Of a stretch of 64,000 nt of DNA, positions 28,651 through 38,278 are shown piece after piece. The position numbers and the translations under genes were made by a program. Position 1 is the first letter of the stretch, and each line of letters starts with the position of its first letter. Source of the stretch: Promethearchaeota archaeon (GTDB lineage: Archaea > Asgardarchaeota > Lokiarchaeia > Sigyniarchaeales > Sigyniarchaeaceae); the NCBI GenBank assembly GCA_041305945.1, contig JBGLND010000001.1, positions 3,216,218 to 3,280,217 on the forward strand, in the 5' to 3' direction. The notes under the pieces were generated by a model. It made no database searches and was not told the origin of the DNA. It was given only the letters and a program-made list of their open reading frames with translations.

Positions 28651-29720
28651 GATGCCGCTTTATCCTCGAGCGCCTTTAACTTGTTTTCATATTCTGCGAC
28701 GGTGGATTCGAGCTTCTTCTTGCTCTCCACTCTGGCATCGATGCTGGCGATTTTTTCCTTCTCGAGGTCCTCCTTCAATTTCTTGATCTCTTCCCCCGAT
28801 CCGGCACCCTTGCTTGCTGCTTCCAATCGCGATTTCAGTATCGTGATCTCGGACTGCAACTCGGAGATCGTGCCCTTCAATTCCTTGTTGTTCTTTTCCA
28901 AGCCTTCGCTCAAGCTTAGCAATTCATCGTGCTTGGTTTGTATTTCCTTGAAATTGTCGAGTTCTCGCTGGAGCTCTTCCATCTTCTTTTGGATTCCAGC
29001 ATCCGATTGTGGCTTGTCCTTCATCCCGTCGACATCCTTTTTTAACGAGTCGACCATTCCTTGCAAGGCGACTTTTTCCCCTCGCAGTTGCTTGCACTCC
29101 ATCTCGGCGTTCTTCTTCACGTCGTTAATGGCGTTCTTGGCACTTTCAAGCTCGTCCGAGAGGCGCTTGATCTCGGCATCGAGTTCTGCTTTTTGCGCGT
29201 CCATCTCTTCCTTCATTTTCGCCACGCGATGGGACGCCTTCTTCCTCTCGTTTTCCAGTTCAGCCTCCAGGTCATTGAGCTGGTATGCCGGGGTGATTTT
29301 CTTTTCCGGTGGTGCTTCAACCTCTCGCTGGGCGATCAAGACGTGCTCGACCGGTCGTGGTGCCGGCGCCGGTGTGGATACCTGGGTTGCAATGGGCACA
29401 TGGGATGATTTTTCCTTCTCGGAAAGTGCAGACCCTTGGCCTCCGAGTAACTTCGCGATTTCTTCCTTCAAAGCGCCTGTCTCCTCGCCTTGGTTTATCG
29501 TCTGGGTCCGGAATCCATAAAATTGATACTGGCTCTTGATTTTCGTTGCGAGGGTGCCGCCCTTGTACTTCTTCACGATGGAGGTGTTTTGACCTATCCA
29601 AACATATATTACTTTGTCCGATTCTCCCACGACAAACGCGATCTCGTCATCCGATATCTTGTTAGACCAATCGAACATTTCTTTCTCGTAATTTTTCACG
29701 ACCAGTGTTTTAAACGTCAA
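28503..29720 (-). CDS. Gelsolin/cofilin-like N-terminal domain (tentative) followed by a ~280-aa coiled coil
   Basis: N-terminal DDEIAFVVGESDKVIYVWIGQNTSIVKKYKGGTLATKI fits the gelsolin-repeat pattern (D.FILD...IYVWvGk.as..Ek). The rest is heptad-rich E/K/L coiled coil. The last ~20 aa are junk antisense to the ACS fragment, so the C-terminus is probably truncated. Confidence 0.5.
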   Translation of the reverse strand: MTFKTLVVKNYEKEMFDWSNKISDDEIAFVVGESDKVIYVWIGQNTSIVKKYKGGTLATKIKSQYQFYGFRTQTINQGEETGALKEEIAKLLGGQGSALSEKEKSSHVPIATQVSTPAPAPRPVEHVLIAQREVEAPPEKKITPAYQLNDLEAELENERKKASHRVAKMKEEMDAQKAELDAEIKRLSDELESAKNAINDVKKNAEMECKQLRGEKVALQGMVDSLKKDVDGMKDKPQSDAGIQKKMEELQRELDNFKEIQTKHDELLSLSEGLEKNNKELKGTISELQSEITILKSRLEAASKGAGSGEEIKKLKEDLEKEKIASIDARVESKKKLESTVAEYENKLKALEDKAASYKEQLERTQRDSMKRDDVKTAPVPKPPNIFFFFSSSTTSAMMRSYSFS

Positions 29721-29849
29721 TCTGCTTTCACCTTCGACTAATCTGTGTGAGCTTTGTAGATCGAATTTGTTTGTAAGTTATAAAAAGGTACTCACGTGAA
29801 TTTCTTATCTCGACCCGCCTTGAATTATAGCCGTGCTCGTGCAATCGCA

Positions 29850-30146
29850 TCATGCTTGCACGTGATCGTCATCGATCCTTATGACTTTCGTCGAGGACGT
29901 GGCGCCCCGCGTGATGGACACCTTCGAGACCGGCACGTTGAAATGTCTCGAAATAACCTTGATAATTGCCTTGTTTGCCTTTCCCTTGTCCGGTGGTTCC
30001 CTCACGTGAATGACATACGTCCCGTCCTCATCTCGCTGTATGTCCTCTATTCTTGCCTTCGGCCGGGCATGAACGGTTATCTCCATGGTAGTGACATGAC
30101 CCGCGGGCGGGAAATAAGCTTTTATACGGTTTTTCCATTCGATCAA
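29850..30146 (-). CDS. DUF167 (YggU-like) family protein
   Basis: EITVHARPKARIEDIQ...DGTYVIHVREPPDKGKANKAIIKVISRHFNVPVSKVSITRGATSSTKVIRI matches the YggU pattern (vkvvPrA...GkANkali.fla.). Confidence 0.65.
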   Translation of the reverse strand: MIEWKNRIKAYFPPAGHVTTMEITVHARPKARIEDIQRDEDGTYVIHVREPPDKGKANKAIIKVISRHFNVPVSKVSITRGATSSTKVIRIDDDHVQA

Positions 30147-30176
30147 GATGGTTCACACGCGATTTGGTGCCCTACA

Positions 30177-30800
30177 ATGAGCTCCACGGAAGAAACCCAC
30201 AAGCAAAAGTTCCGGTTCAACTGCACCCAATGCGGTGCTTGCTGCGACACGCGTGATCCGGTTCCGTTGGCACTTCAAGACCTCGAACGGTGGGCAAGCA
30301 AGAAGATGATCCAGAACGTGCTACCTTATTTGAAGGCCATCGTGAAAAACGAGGTGATGGGCCTGTTCATGGACGTCATCAATGTCGAAAAGAAGCAAGG
30401 TGCCACCGGCGCCGATGTCCCTTCCCCCGAGAAGGGCAAGTGCCCCATGTACAACACGGAATCGAAACGTTGCTTGATCTATCCCGACCGGCCCTTGGCG
30501 TGTCGTGCATTCCCGCTCGGCTATGATGCAAATAGTTTTTTCATCATGATGGATGATTGCCCCGGTATCAATGCCGTGGATGAGATGGACAAGGATTTGC
30601 TCAAGCAAATGCGGGAAGATGCCAAGAACGGGTTCGAAGCGCGCCGGACCATGGGTATCACGCTTCCCATTCTTCAAGCAATTCTCATGCGCATGTTGCA
30701 AGAGGAAAACATGAAGGTCATGAGCAAGCTCAGCCCCGAGGACATGGAAAAGCTGGGCTCCATCATGCAAAAAATGGGCGGGGACGAGAAGGCAGAATAG
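30177..30800 (+). CDS. YkgJ-family (CxxCxxCC putative Fe-S/zinc-chelating) protein
   Basis: It has CTQCGACCD and later CPMY...C motifs. The start ATG at 30177 was verified. The track ORF 29796..30800 has an antisense N-terminal extension. Confidence 0.65.
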   Translation: MSSTEETHKQKFRFNCTQCGACCDTRDPVPLALQDLERWASKKMIQNVLPYLKAIVKNEVMGLFMDVINVEKKQGATGADVPSPEKGKCPMYNTESKRCLIYPDRPLACRAFPLGYDANSFFIMMDDCPGINAVDEMDKDLLKQMREDAKNGFEARRTMGITLPILQAILMRMLQEENMKVMSKLSPEDMEKLGSIMQKMGGDEKAE

Positions 30801-31134
30801 CAGCCTGCATCCAATGGCCCAGTAACACGCAATGAATCCATATAGATGGCAAGTTCTTCCCCGTCCTCTTTTTTTTATCAGAGCGTGTGGATCAATAGGA
30901 TTACACCCGCGATCACGCCGGGAAAAATCATGCAACTCCCCGGGAAGATTGTCGTGATTCACGTGACGGGTATGAAACTGGAACCAAGAATTTGAATGGC
31001 GATGGTCGGGTCGCGCCGCCAACCCGGGACGAAGGTAGTCAAGGGGTTGTAAACAGTCCGTTTTTTGCGCGGTTTGAAATAACGGTGGCAAAAGCACGAA
31101 TCCTTTTCTATCTTTTATCACGTGTATTCAAGGT

Positions 31135-31650
31135 GTGATTCCAATGCTTGGCCATCCTCCAAACCATCACCGCGTCAGCTGGCGTTCGGTTGTGCTTGTC
31201 ATGCTTCCGATTGTCGCTTTAAGCTTGCTTGGGCAACCGGTCGTGACCCGCCAGCTCGCGCCCAACACGACCTCGGGAACGCATTCAATCGGCGTTTCTT
31301 ACACGGTACACGCTCCCATCACGATTTCCAATGCATCCGAACTCGAAACGTTTGCTGGCATAACCGGAAACGGGACAGTGGGTGCTCCTTTCGTCATCGA
31401 GGGGTTGATGATCGACGGCACGTCGACCGCTTGCATCAGCGTTTCTAACACGCATGTTCCCCTCGTGATCAAGCGCTGCTTGTTGTATTCACCTTCCATG
31501 GGAACCACCGGCGTGATGCTCTCGAACTGCTCGAACGTGTCGATCGCGGACAACAGTATCTCATCGCTGACGCAAGGCATCGTTGCCACGTCATCCTCGT
31601 GGAACAACATCCGGAACAATTCCATCACCGTCATTTCATGTCATCGGATT
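31135..31650 (+). pseudogene. Secreted parallel beta-helix repeat protein, N-terminal fragment
   Basis: A signal or anchor is followed by beta-helix rungs (NASELETFAGITGNGTVGAPFVIEGLMIDGT..., SNCSNVSIADNSIS). Beyond ~31650 the frame runs antisense through the SPFH gene. Confidence 0.45.
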
Positions 31651-31700
31651 TTCATCACGGATTCACTTCGTCGATGCACGCAAAGCCTTGAACCCGGTTT

Positions 31701-32390
31701 TCACGTGATCCTGTCTCTTCGGGAGAGAAGCGCGTCGTGCCCGGTAACATGCCCGGCAAGGCCGCCTGTCGTCGTCACGGTGTCGATGGTGACCGACTCG
31801 ATACCGATGCCGTGTTTTTCCATCATCGTGGTGAGCTGGTTCGCGATGCTCGATGCAAGCCGCGCCTTGGTGTCCTCGCGGCTTTCCTCGATCTCTTTCC
31901 CCGTCGATGCAAGTGCTCTCGTCAAGAAATGGCTTGCATGCTTTTTTAAAATCGTTTCCACGAAATTGGCATCACTTGGTTGCCATGAAAAAGCATTGTA
32001 TGCAATGTCCGGTTGCATTACCTTCCACAAGATCGACATCGACGCGGAGATCATGTATCCGCCCTTGTTCTGCACACCCGTGGCCTCGATGGCCAAAGAT
32101 TGAACTGATGCGGGGAGGACCTTCACCTCGTCGATCAAGGGAAGCTTGTACAGCGTTCCACCGAGCCCTGCATACTTGATCCTTCCATGCCGCCAGTGAA
32201 TGACGTAGACGTTCGTGCTGAATTTACGGTACCTACCAACCAGAAACAACAAAAAAAATAACGAAAACAGGACCATCGCTACTAATGGCAAGATAAACAT
32301 CATATCCGAAAAACCTTGGAACAGCGTTTTCGTTCTCCTCCATTCCAGTTCAAGTATGGAATCCAATCGAGTACCTACTAAGATATACAA
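31701..32390 (-). CDS. SPFH/band-7 (stomatin/flotillin-like) domain membrane protein
   Basis: It has an N-terminal TM (MMFILPLVAMVLFSLFFLLFLV) and an SPFH core (VIHWRHGRIKYAGLGGTLYKLPLIDEVKVLPASVQSLAIEATGVQNKGGY). Confidence 0.65.
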   Translation of the reverse strand: MYILVGTRLDSILELEWRRTKTLFQGFSDMMFILPLVAMVLFSLFFLLFLVGRYRKFSTNVYVIHWRHGRIKYAGLGGTLYKLPLIDEVKVLPASVQSLAIEATGVQNKGGYMISASMSILWKVMQPDIAYNAFSWQPSDANFVETILKKHASHFLTRALASTGKEIEESREDTKARLASSIANQLTTMMEKHGIGIESVTIDTVTTTGGLAGHVTGHDALLSRRDRIT

Positions 32391-32400
32391 TATAACGTAT

Positions 32401-33426
32401 TTATCTTGTTCTGTGTTCCATCGCGTGCTTGTACAGCCCCTCGATGACCCGGAGCGCCCCGATGCATTGCTTCCCCGAAACCCGGGGCTCGTGGTCGTCC
32501 ATCGTTATCCCCTTGCAGAAATCCGCAAGCAACCTCACGTGTGACAGCATTTTCGTGTTTATACCCGCTTGTTTTGCCATCACGGTGCAATCGGTGGTTG
32601 TCGTGTTCCCGTTTTCATGAATTTTGAACGTGTCTGTTGAAACCGAGACAGCGCGCCCCGTGCCCGAGATGGTCACGTCCCAGAACGAGGGGTGCTTCGT
32701 TCCGATGGATGCCTTGATAGTCCCCATGACCCCGGCCATGCTCGCGTGGTTTCCTAGCGTGAATGCAGCCACCGCGGTGTCCTCGGTCTCGATGGGATGA
32801 ACCAGCGTTGCTATGAACCCGCGTGCGAGTACTTCCTCCCCGTTTGCATGTAACAGATACAAGAGCAAGTCGATCTGGTGAATGGCTTGGTTAAGCAACA
32901 CCCCGCCGCCTTCCATGTTGATCTTCCCGCGCCACCCGTCATTCGGAAAGTACTCGGGGTCGCGCTTGAAAAACGCGCTGGCGCTGGCTTGGAGCGGCCT
33001 CCCAAAGCTCCCGTCGCTGATGGCATCCATCGCCAGCGATGTCGACTCGTTGTACCGGTTCTGGAAGTACGCCCCGATCTTGACGCCTCCCCGGCCGGCA
33101 CGTGCGATGACGTCTTCAGCGTCCTTCACCGACGTTGCGAGGGGCTTCTCGACCAGCACGTGCTTCCCGGCCTCTATCGCCTCGATGGCAACGTCGTGGT
33201 GCAAGAAATGCGGGAGCGAGATGATGGCAAGGTCCACGTCCTTCCTTGCAAGCAAGTCCCGGTAATCGCCCGTCACCGCCGGGATGCCATGTTTATCCGC
33301 CAGCGCGCGGGCCTTATCGACATGATGGTTCGCGATGCCCGCGATCTCTATGGTCCTCGATTCGCGGGCAGCCGTCGCGATGGTGTTCGCCGACCATCCC
33401 GCCCCGATCAACACCGCACGAACCAT
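32401..33426 (-). CDS. Gfo/Idh/MocA family oxidoreductase
   Basis: It has VRAVLIGAGWSANTIA, the EKPLA motif and a GGGVLLNQAIHQIDL C-terminal domain. Confidence 0.85.
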   Translation of the reverse strand: MVRAVLIGAGWSANTIATAARESRTIEIAGIANHHVDKARALADKHGIPAVTGDYRDLLARKDVDLAIISLPHFLHHDVAIEAIEAGKHVLVEKPLATSVKDAEDVIARAGRGGVKIGAYFQNRYNESTSLAMDAISDGSFGRPLQASASAFFKRDPEYFPNDGWRGKINMEGGGVLLNQAIHQIDLLLYLLHANGEEVLARGFIATLVHPIETEDTAVAAFTLGNHASMAGVMGTIKASIGTKHPSFWDVTISGTGRAVSVSTDTFKIHENGNTTTTDCTVMAKQAGINTKMLSHVRLLADFCKGITMDDHEPRVSGKQCIGALRVIEGLYKHAMEHRTR

Positions 33427-33444
33427 GACGCGTCACCCCCGTGC

Positions 33445-34482
33445 TCACAAGGTCACGATCTTCTCGCCGTTGGACTCGTACACGGCACGCACGACCTTGA
33501 TGGACTTCAATCCTTCCTCGCCGTTGATTGCCGGCTCCCTGTCGTTGATGATGGCATCCACGAAATCGTTCATAAGGCGCGAGTGGGCCACGAGCGAGAA
33601 TTTCTTCGGGTCAGTGGCCGAACCGACCTGCCCCCCTTGTCGAGCGGCGTAATCGATGACGTCGGTCTTCCCGTCCCCGTGATGGATCGTGAGCACGTTC
33701 CCGTCGATTTCCAAGCCCCCGTCCGAGCCGAAGATGGTCAGCTTCGCGGGAAACGCGGCCTTGGTGGCGGTGCTCGTCTGTAAGGTGCCCAGCGCCCCGT
33801 TCTCGAAGACGAAGCACGCCGCGGTGTTATCATCCACCTCGATATCGTGCACCATGTGCCCCCAGAACCCGAATAACCTCGTCACTTTGCCGGCTAGGTA
33901 CACCATCTCGTCCACGGGGTGGATGGCCTGGTTGATCAGCGACCCGCCCCCTTCCAGCTTCCACGTGCCGCGCCAGCTGCTCTTCTTGTAATAGTCTGCC
34001 TCCCGGAACCACATCACGCTCACGTTCACCTGGAGGATACGGCCGATCTTCCCCGAATCGATGAGCCGCTTCGCTTCTTGCACGGCATCGAAGAACCGGC
34101 ACTGGAAGTGAACGCCAAGCTTGACCCCTCCTGCCCGGGCGGCCTTGATCATAGCCTCCGCGTCGCCAACAGTCGTCGCGAGGGGCTTCTCGACGAGCAC
34201 GTGCTTCCCCGCCCCGATGCAATCCAAGGCGATGTCCTTGTGCAACCCGTGCGGGACCGATATGATGGCGAAATCAAGCGGGTGCTTCAACAATTCCCGG
34301 TGATCGTCAAACACGAGATTGACGTTATGTTTCTTGGCCAGCATTTCCGCGGCAGGTTTGTGCACGTCGCTGACCGCGACGAGTTGCACGCCCGGTAACG
34401 TGGCGATGGTTTCGGCTATGTTGGTCGCGGACGAGCCGGCGCCTATCAAGCCCGCCCTCAAGATATTCTTCGTGTCATTCAT
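33445..34482 (-). CDS. Gfo/Idh/MocA family oxidoreductase (tandem paralog)
   Basis: It has LRAGLIGAGSSATNIA, EKPLATT and GGGSLINQAIHPVDEM. Confidence 0.85.
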   Translation of the reverse strand: MNDTKNILRAGLIGAGSSATNIAETIATLPGVQLVAVSDVHKPAAEMLAKKHNVNLVFDDHRELLKHPLDFAIISVPHGLHKDIALDCIGAGKHVLVEKPLATTVGDAEAMIKAARAGGVKLGVHFQCRFFDAVQEAKRLIDSGKIGRILQVNVSVMWFREADYYKKSSWRGTWKLEGGGSLINQAIHPVDEMVYLAGKVTRLFGFWGHMVHDIEVDDNTAACFVFENGALGTLQTSTATKAAFPAKLTIFGSDGGLEIDGNVLTIHHGDGKTDVIDYAARQGGQVGSATDPKKFSLVAHSRLMNDFVDAIINDREPAINGEEGLKSIKVVRAVYESNGEKIVTL

Positions 34483-34499
34483 AATCGTTCACCATGTCG

Positions 34500-35573
34500 T
34501 TACGTTGGTTCTAGTTTCAGATCGCGACGCTGCTGGTTCGTTCCCCGGCCCGCGTACCCCGCATAGTGACGATCGCCGCCGGGATCACGAACCCGAGAAT
34601 GGCAAAGAGCATGAGCCACTCGAACCCCGGCATGACGTTCACACCCGTTGCTTGCCAGATGTTCCACCCGAACAAGTTCAAGACCGACGACAGCCCCGAC
34701 CGCGAATTGCAGGATGTTGCCGATTTCGATGTCGGTGACTCCCTTCGCCACCGTCGGGACGAGCACGATCGAATCGAGGCCTGCATTGCGGCAAATTTCA
34801 AGTGCCCGAAGCTTGTACTCGACGAAGTTTGTCTGGGCGCGGGTCTTCTCGTAGGTCTCGTTGTGGATGCCGTCGAATGAGAAATAGAGCGTGTCGAGGC
34901 CGGCTTCCCAGCAGTCCTTGGCGAACTTTTCACCGATGCCATTCTTGCGCTGGAAACCGTAGCCGTTGGTGGCAACGAGAACCTCCTTGAAGCCTTCTTC
35001 CTTTGCCATGCGCACGATGTCGACGAAGTCCTTGCGGACCGTCGGCTCGCCGCCCGTGAACATGATGGCAACGGCGGGGATGGGCTTGCTGCGAAAGTGC
35101 CGCATGATCTTGCGAATTTCGTCCTGGGATGGTTCAACGAGCAGGCCCGTTTTTTCCACGTTTGCATAGCAGAAGTTGCACTTCAAGTTGCACCGGTTCG
35201 TCAGATCGATGAGGGCCAAACTTGCTGTTGATTTGTGCTGAGGGCATAACCCACAATTGTACGGGCAGCCCCGCGGGTCCAATGCCGGATTGTCGGGCGG
35301 ATTGGCAGCCCCGTCCTTCTCGAAGGAGAATGCATCCTCCGAATAATGCGTCCACTTGTAATAAAGCGCGTTGGTACTAATGACATCCTGGAAGTACCCG
35401 TGCTGGGGGCACGTCTTCTTCATGAGTATCTTGTTCTTCTCCGAATTCTCGCTCACGACTTCCTCGACAACTTCAGCGTCGATAGGTTGCAAGCATTCGG
35501 GGCAGATGCTCTTGGTTTTCTTGTACCACGGCTTTTTTCCGTATTCAGTGTCCCGGATGTGATACATAGTCAC
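34500..35573 (-). CDS. Radical SAM protein with N-terminal Cys4 zinc-ribbon; C-terminal ~50 aa look non-native
   Basis: CPECL...CPQHG is the ribbon and CNLKCNFCYA is the radical SAM CxxxCxxC. FTGGEPT is the SAM-binding motif. The tail is Arg/Gly junk (LASNGCERHAGVRVAHALCHSRVRDPGGDRHYAGYAGRG). Confidence 0.65.
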   Translation of the reverse strand: MTMYHIRDTEYGKKPWYKKTKSICPECLQPIDAEVVEEVVSENSEKNKILMKKTCPQHGYFQDVISTNALYYKWTHYSEDAFSFEKDGAANPPDNPALDPRGCPYNCGLCPQHKSTASLALIDLTNRCNLKCNFCYANVEKTGLLVEPSQDEIRKIMRHFRSKPIPAVAIMFTGGEPTVRKDFVDIVRMAKEEGFKEVLVATNGYGFQRKNGIGEKFAKDCWEAGLDTLYFSFDGIHNETYEKTRAQTNFVEYKLRALEICRNAGLDSIVLVPTVAKGVTDIEIGNILQFAVGAVVGLELVRVEHLASNGCERHAGVRVAHALCHSRVRDPGGDRHYAGYAGRGTNQQRRDLKLEPT

Positions 35574-35837
35574 AACCCATAAGGTTTTACTTGAAACGCG
35601 CCCGTTGCGCGTCTGTGATTACTTAACAAAATGCTTAACTGACACTACATCCGAACCCATTTGAATTTTACTTTAAAATTCGCTTCGTGACCCCCGGGAT
35701 TAATAATAGTGCTATCATACTTTTAATAAGTTTATTCAATCAAATGATTCACTCGAGGACTCGAGGGAAAAGAGAGAATGCACAAGGCATGCAGCTCACC
35801 TTTATGTGCAAGACCGACCTCTCGATGATCGAGAACC

Positions 35838-37061
35838 ATGTCGAAACGAAAACATGTCAAGGTTGCCATGGTCGGCACTGGCTTCGCCGCAAACCTCCAC
35901 GGCGAGGCTTACGAGCAAGTTCCTGGCCACGACATCGAGGTGGTCGCGATCGCCTCGAAGATGCCCGATCAAGCCAAGGAGTTCGCCAAGCGATTTCACG
36001 TGAACCCGAACAATATCTATGATGATGCAGATAGGATGATCAACGAGGTGGATGCGGACATCGTCGATCTTGTCGTCCCCACGTTTTTACACGTACCGTT
36101 TGCCATGAAAGCAGCGAAGGCCGGCAAGAGCGTCATTTGCGAGAAGCCGCTCACGGGATACTTCGGTGACCCGGCCGTTCCCATCGAGCAGCGCGCCAAC
36201 GTGGGTGCCACGGATAAGAGGACCATGCTTGCCGAGTGCCTCAAGGATTGCGAGCGGCTGGAGCAAGTCATAAAGGAAAAGGACGTGACATTTTGCTACG
36301 CGGAAAACTGGGTGTACGCGAGGCCCGTCTGGAAGGCAAAACGCCTCGTGCAAGCCGCAAAAGGCAAGATACTCGAAATAAGGTGCGGCGAGAGCCATTC
36401 GGGATCGCACAGCAAGTTTGCATCGGAGTGGAAGTACACGGGCGGCGGCGCCCTCATCAGGATGGGCGCGCATCCCATCTCCGCTGCCATCCACCTCAAG
36501 CTCTGGGAAGGCATGGTGCGCGACGGGAAGCCGATACATCCCTCGTCGGTCATTGCCACCACGGCCAGGCACAGGCCCTTCCTCGACAAGCTCCCGCGGG
36601 AGCAAGATTACGTCGTGTCCCGGCCGGTTGACGTGGAGGACTGGTCCACCACGATCGTCACGTTCGAAGATGGGACGAATGCCACGTGCATCGCATCGGA
36701 CGTCACGCTCGGGGGTATAGAGAATTGGCTCAACGTTTATGCCAGCAACTGCAGGATCGAAGGTCGCATATCCGACAACAATACCGTGATGGCATACGCA
36801 CCGACCGAGAAGCAATTCGCGAGCGAGTACACGATCGAGAAGACGGAGACCAAGGCAGGCTGGTCCCGGGCACAACCCAACGAGGACTGGATGACGGGCT
36901 ACCCGTTCGAGATGGAGGATTTCTGCAGCGCGGTCCTGGAAAAACGCGCCCCGCTATCCGACCTCGAGCTGGCCATCTGGTCGACGAAGGTGTTCTACTC
37001 GGCTTACTTGTCCGCGGAATCGGGACGACGGGTCGACATCCCGAAAAAGTACTCATTGTAG
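35838..37061 (+). CDS. Gfo/Idh/MocA family oxidoreductase
   Basis: It has VKVAMVGTGFAANLHGEAY, EKPL and a C-terminal alpha/beta domain. Confidence 0.85.
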   Translation: MSKRKHVKVAMVGTGFAANLHGEAYEQVPGHDIEVVAIASKMPDQAKEFAKRFHVNPNNIYDDADRMINEVDADIVDLVVPTFLHVPFAMKAAKAGKSVICEKPLTGYFGDPAVPIEQRANVGATDKRTMLAECLKDCERLEQVIKEKDVTFCYAENWVYARPVWKAKRLVQAAKGKILEIRCGESHSGSHSKFASEWKYTGGGALIRMGAHPISAAIHLKLWEGMVRDGKPIHPSSVIATTARHRPFLDKLPREQDYVVSRPVDVEDWSTTIVTFEDGTNATCIASDVTLGGIENWLNVYASNCRIEGRISDNNTVMAYAPTEKQFASEYTIEKTETKAGWSRAQPNEDWMTGYPFEMEDFCSAVLEKRAPLSDLELAIWSTKVFYSAYLSAESGRRVDIPKKYSL

Positions 37062-37145
37062 CCGTTCCACTTGCCTTTTTTTTCATTCCTGGACGGATAA
37101 AAGCGAGGTGCGGTGCCGGCTTGGACGGCCGGGCTCGCCGGGAGC

Positions 37146-37481
37146 CTACCACCACGCGAAGCCCACGTTCAGGATCAAGAGCACCGCTACCGTGATCATG
37201 CTCCCGAACCACGCCTTGAAGTACTTCACCTGGGCAAATTCATTCTCCCGCATCATGCGTCCCAAGGCATACGAGGTGCCGCACGCGACGAGGCAGAACA
37301 TCAAGGTGGCAAGCCATGACCTAGAGCTGTTCAAGTCGAACAAGTACCCAACCCCGAGCAATCCTAGCGAGCCGAACAAGGTCACGAACGCGATGATATC
37401 AAACAATCGCGGGAGATCCTTGTCCTTCTTCGTTAACTTCAATCGATCGACAAACTTGGCTTCCTTCCTTGCTTTTGACAT
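37146..37481 (-). CDS. Small hypothetical membrane protein
   Basis: It has 3 hydrophobic helices. The probable start is MSKARKEAKF. No family was recognised. Confidence 0.35.
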   Translation of the reverse strand: MSKARKEAKFVDRLKLTKKDKDLPRLFDIIAFVTLFGSLGLLGVGYLFDLNSSRSWLATLMFCLVACGTSYALGRMMRENEFAQVKYFKAWFGSMITVAVLLILNVGFAWW

Positions 37482-37674
37482 GGGACTTCGCCATCGCCGT
37501 GCCACCCGTGCCGGGGGCACTGGATACGGGTATGTAAAGCCTCCAGCTGTATTTGAACGTTGCAGTTCAAACAAACGAACCAGAACGCGGTCGCTGATGG
37601 TCGTTTTTCACCGTCACGTTTCGGTTCCCTTTCAATTGCCTTTAATCCGTGTTACTACGAATGATTTTATAAAA

Positions 37675-38262
37675 ATGGAAAATGAAATGGTAGTCGCGGA
37701 GGGGCTCGGACCCTCGATCTCCTGTTTTAACCTAACGGGCAGTTTTCCGCCGATTCTTCACCAATCCCCAACGGTAGCCGATGCATTCTATCTTCTCGGG
37801 TACTTGCCGCTCGCGATCGGCTTGATCATCCATGCCCGGTTGATCAAGTTGCCACTCACTGCTGGTAGCAAGGTCTTGGTCATTATCGTGGGGGTCCTCG
37901 TTGGCCTGTTCATCGCGGCCGCCGTCATCGTGTATCCGATATACATCTCGTGGCCAATCCCCGAGGAAGACGTGCTCGTGTGGTTGGTCGGTTCCATGTA
38001 TCCCGTCTTGGACATCGCCCTCGTCGGGGGCGTGCTCGTCGTTGCAGTGAAGCTCCGGAAAGGCGCTATCGACACGGCGTGGGTCTTGCTGCTTGCCGGG
38101 TTGCTCGTCACGGTTGGTGCAGACACGCTGTACAATTGGGTCTCGAACGTCGGGGGAGAAGAGATGCTTTTCGAGTATTACGACCTGCTATTCATTGCCA
38201 GTTACACGCTGATATTCGCATCAACGTTGAAGATCATCAACATAATCCGGAAAACATTCTGA
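37675..38262 (+). CDS. Hypothetical polytopic membrane protein (~195 aa)
   Basis: The ATG at 37675 was verified. It has 5-6 hydrophobic helices. The track ORF 37108..38262 has an antisense N-terminal extension. Confidence 0.5.
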   Translation: MENEMVVAEGLGPSISCFNLTGSFPPILHQSPTVADAFYLLGYLPLAIGLIIHARLIKLPLTAGSKVLVIIVGVLVGLFIAAAVIVYPIYISWPIPEEDVLVWLVGSMYPVLDIALVGGVLVVAVKLRKGAIDTAWVLLLAGLLVTVGADTLYNWVSNVGGEEMLFEYYDLLFIASYTLIFASTLKIINIIRKTF

Positions 38263-38278
38263 ATGGAGCGTGAACACG

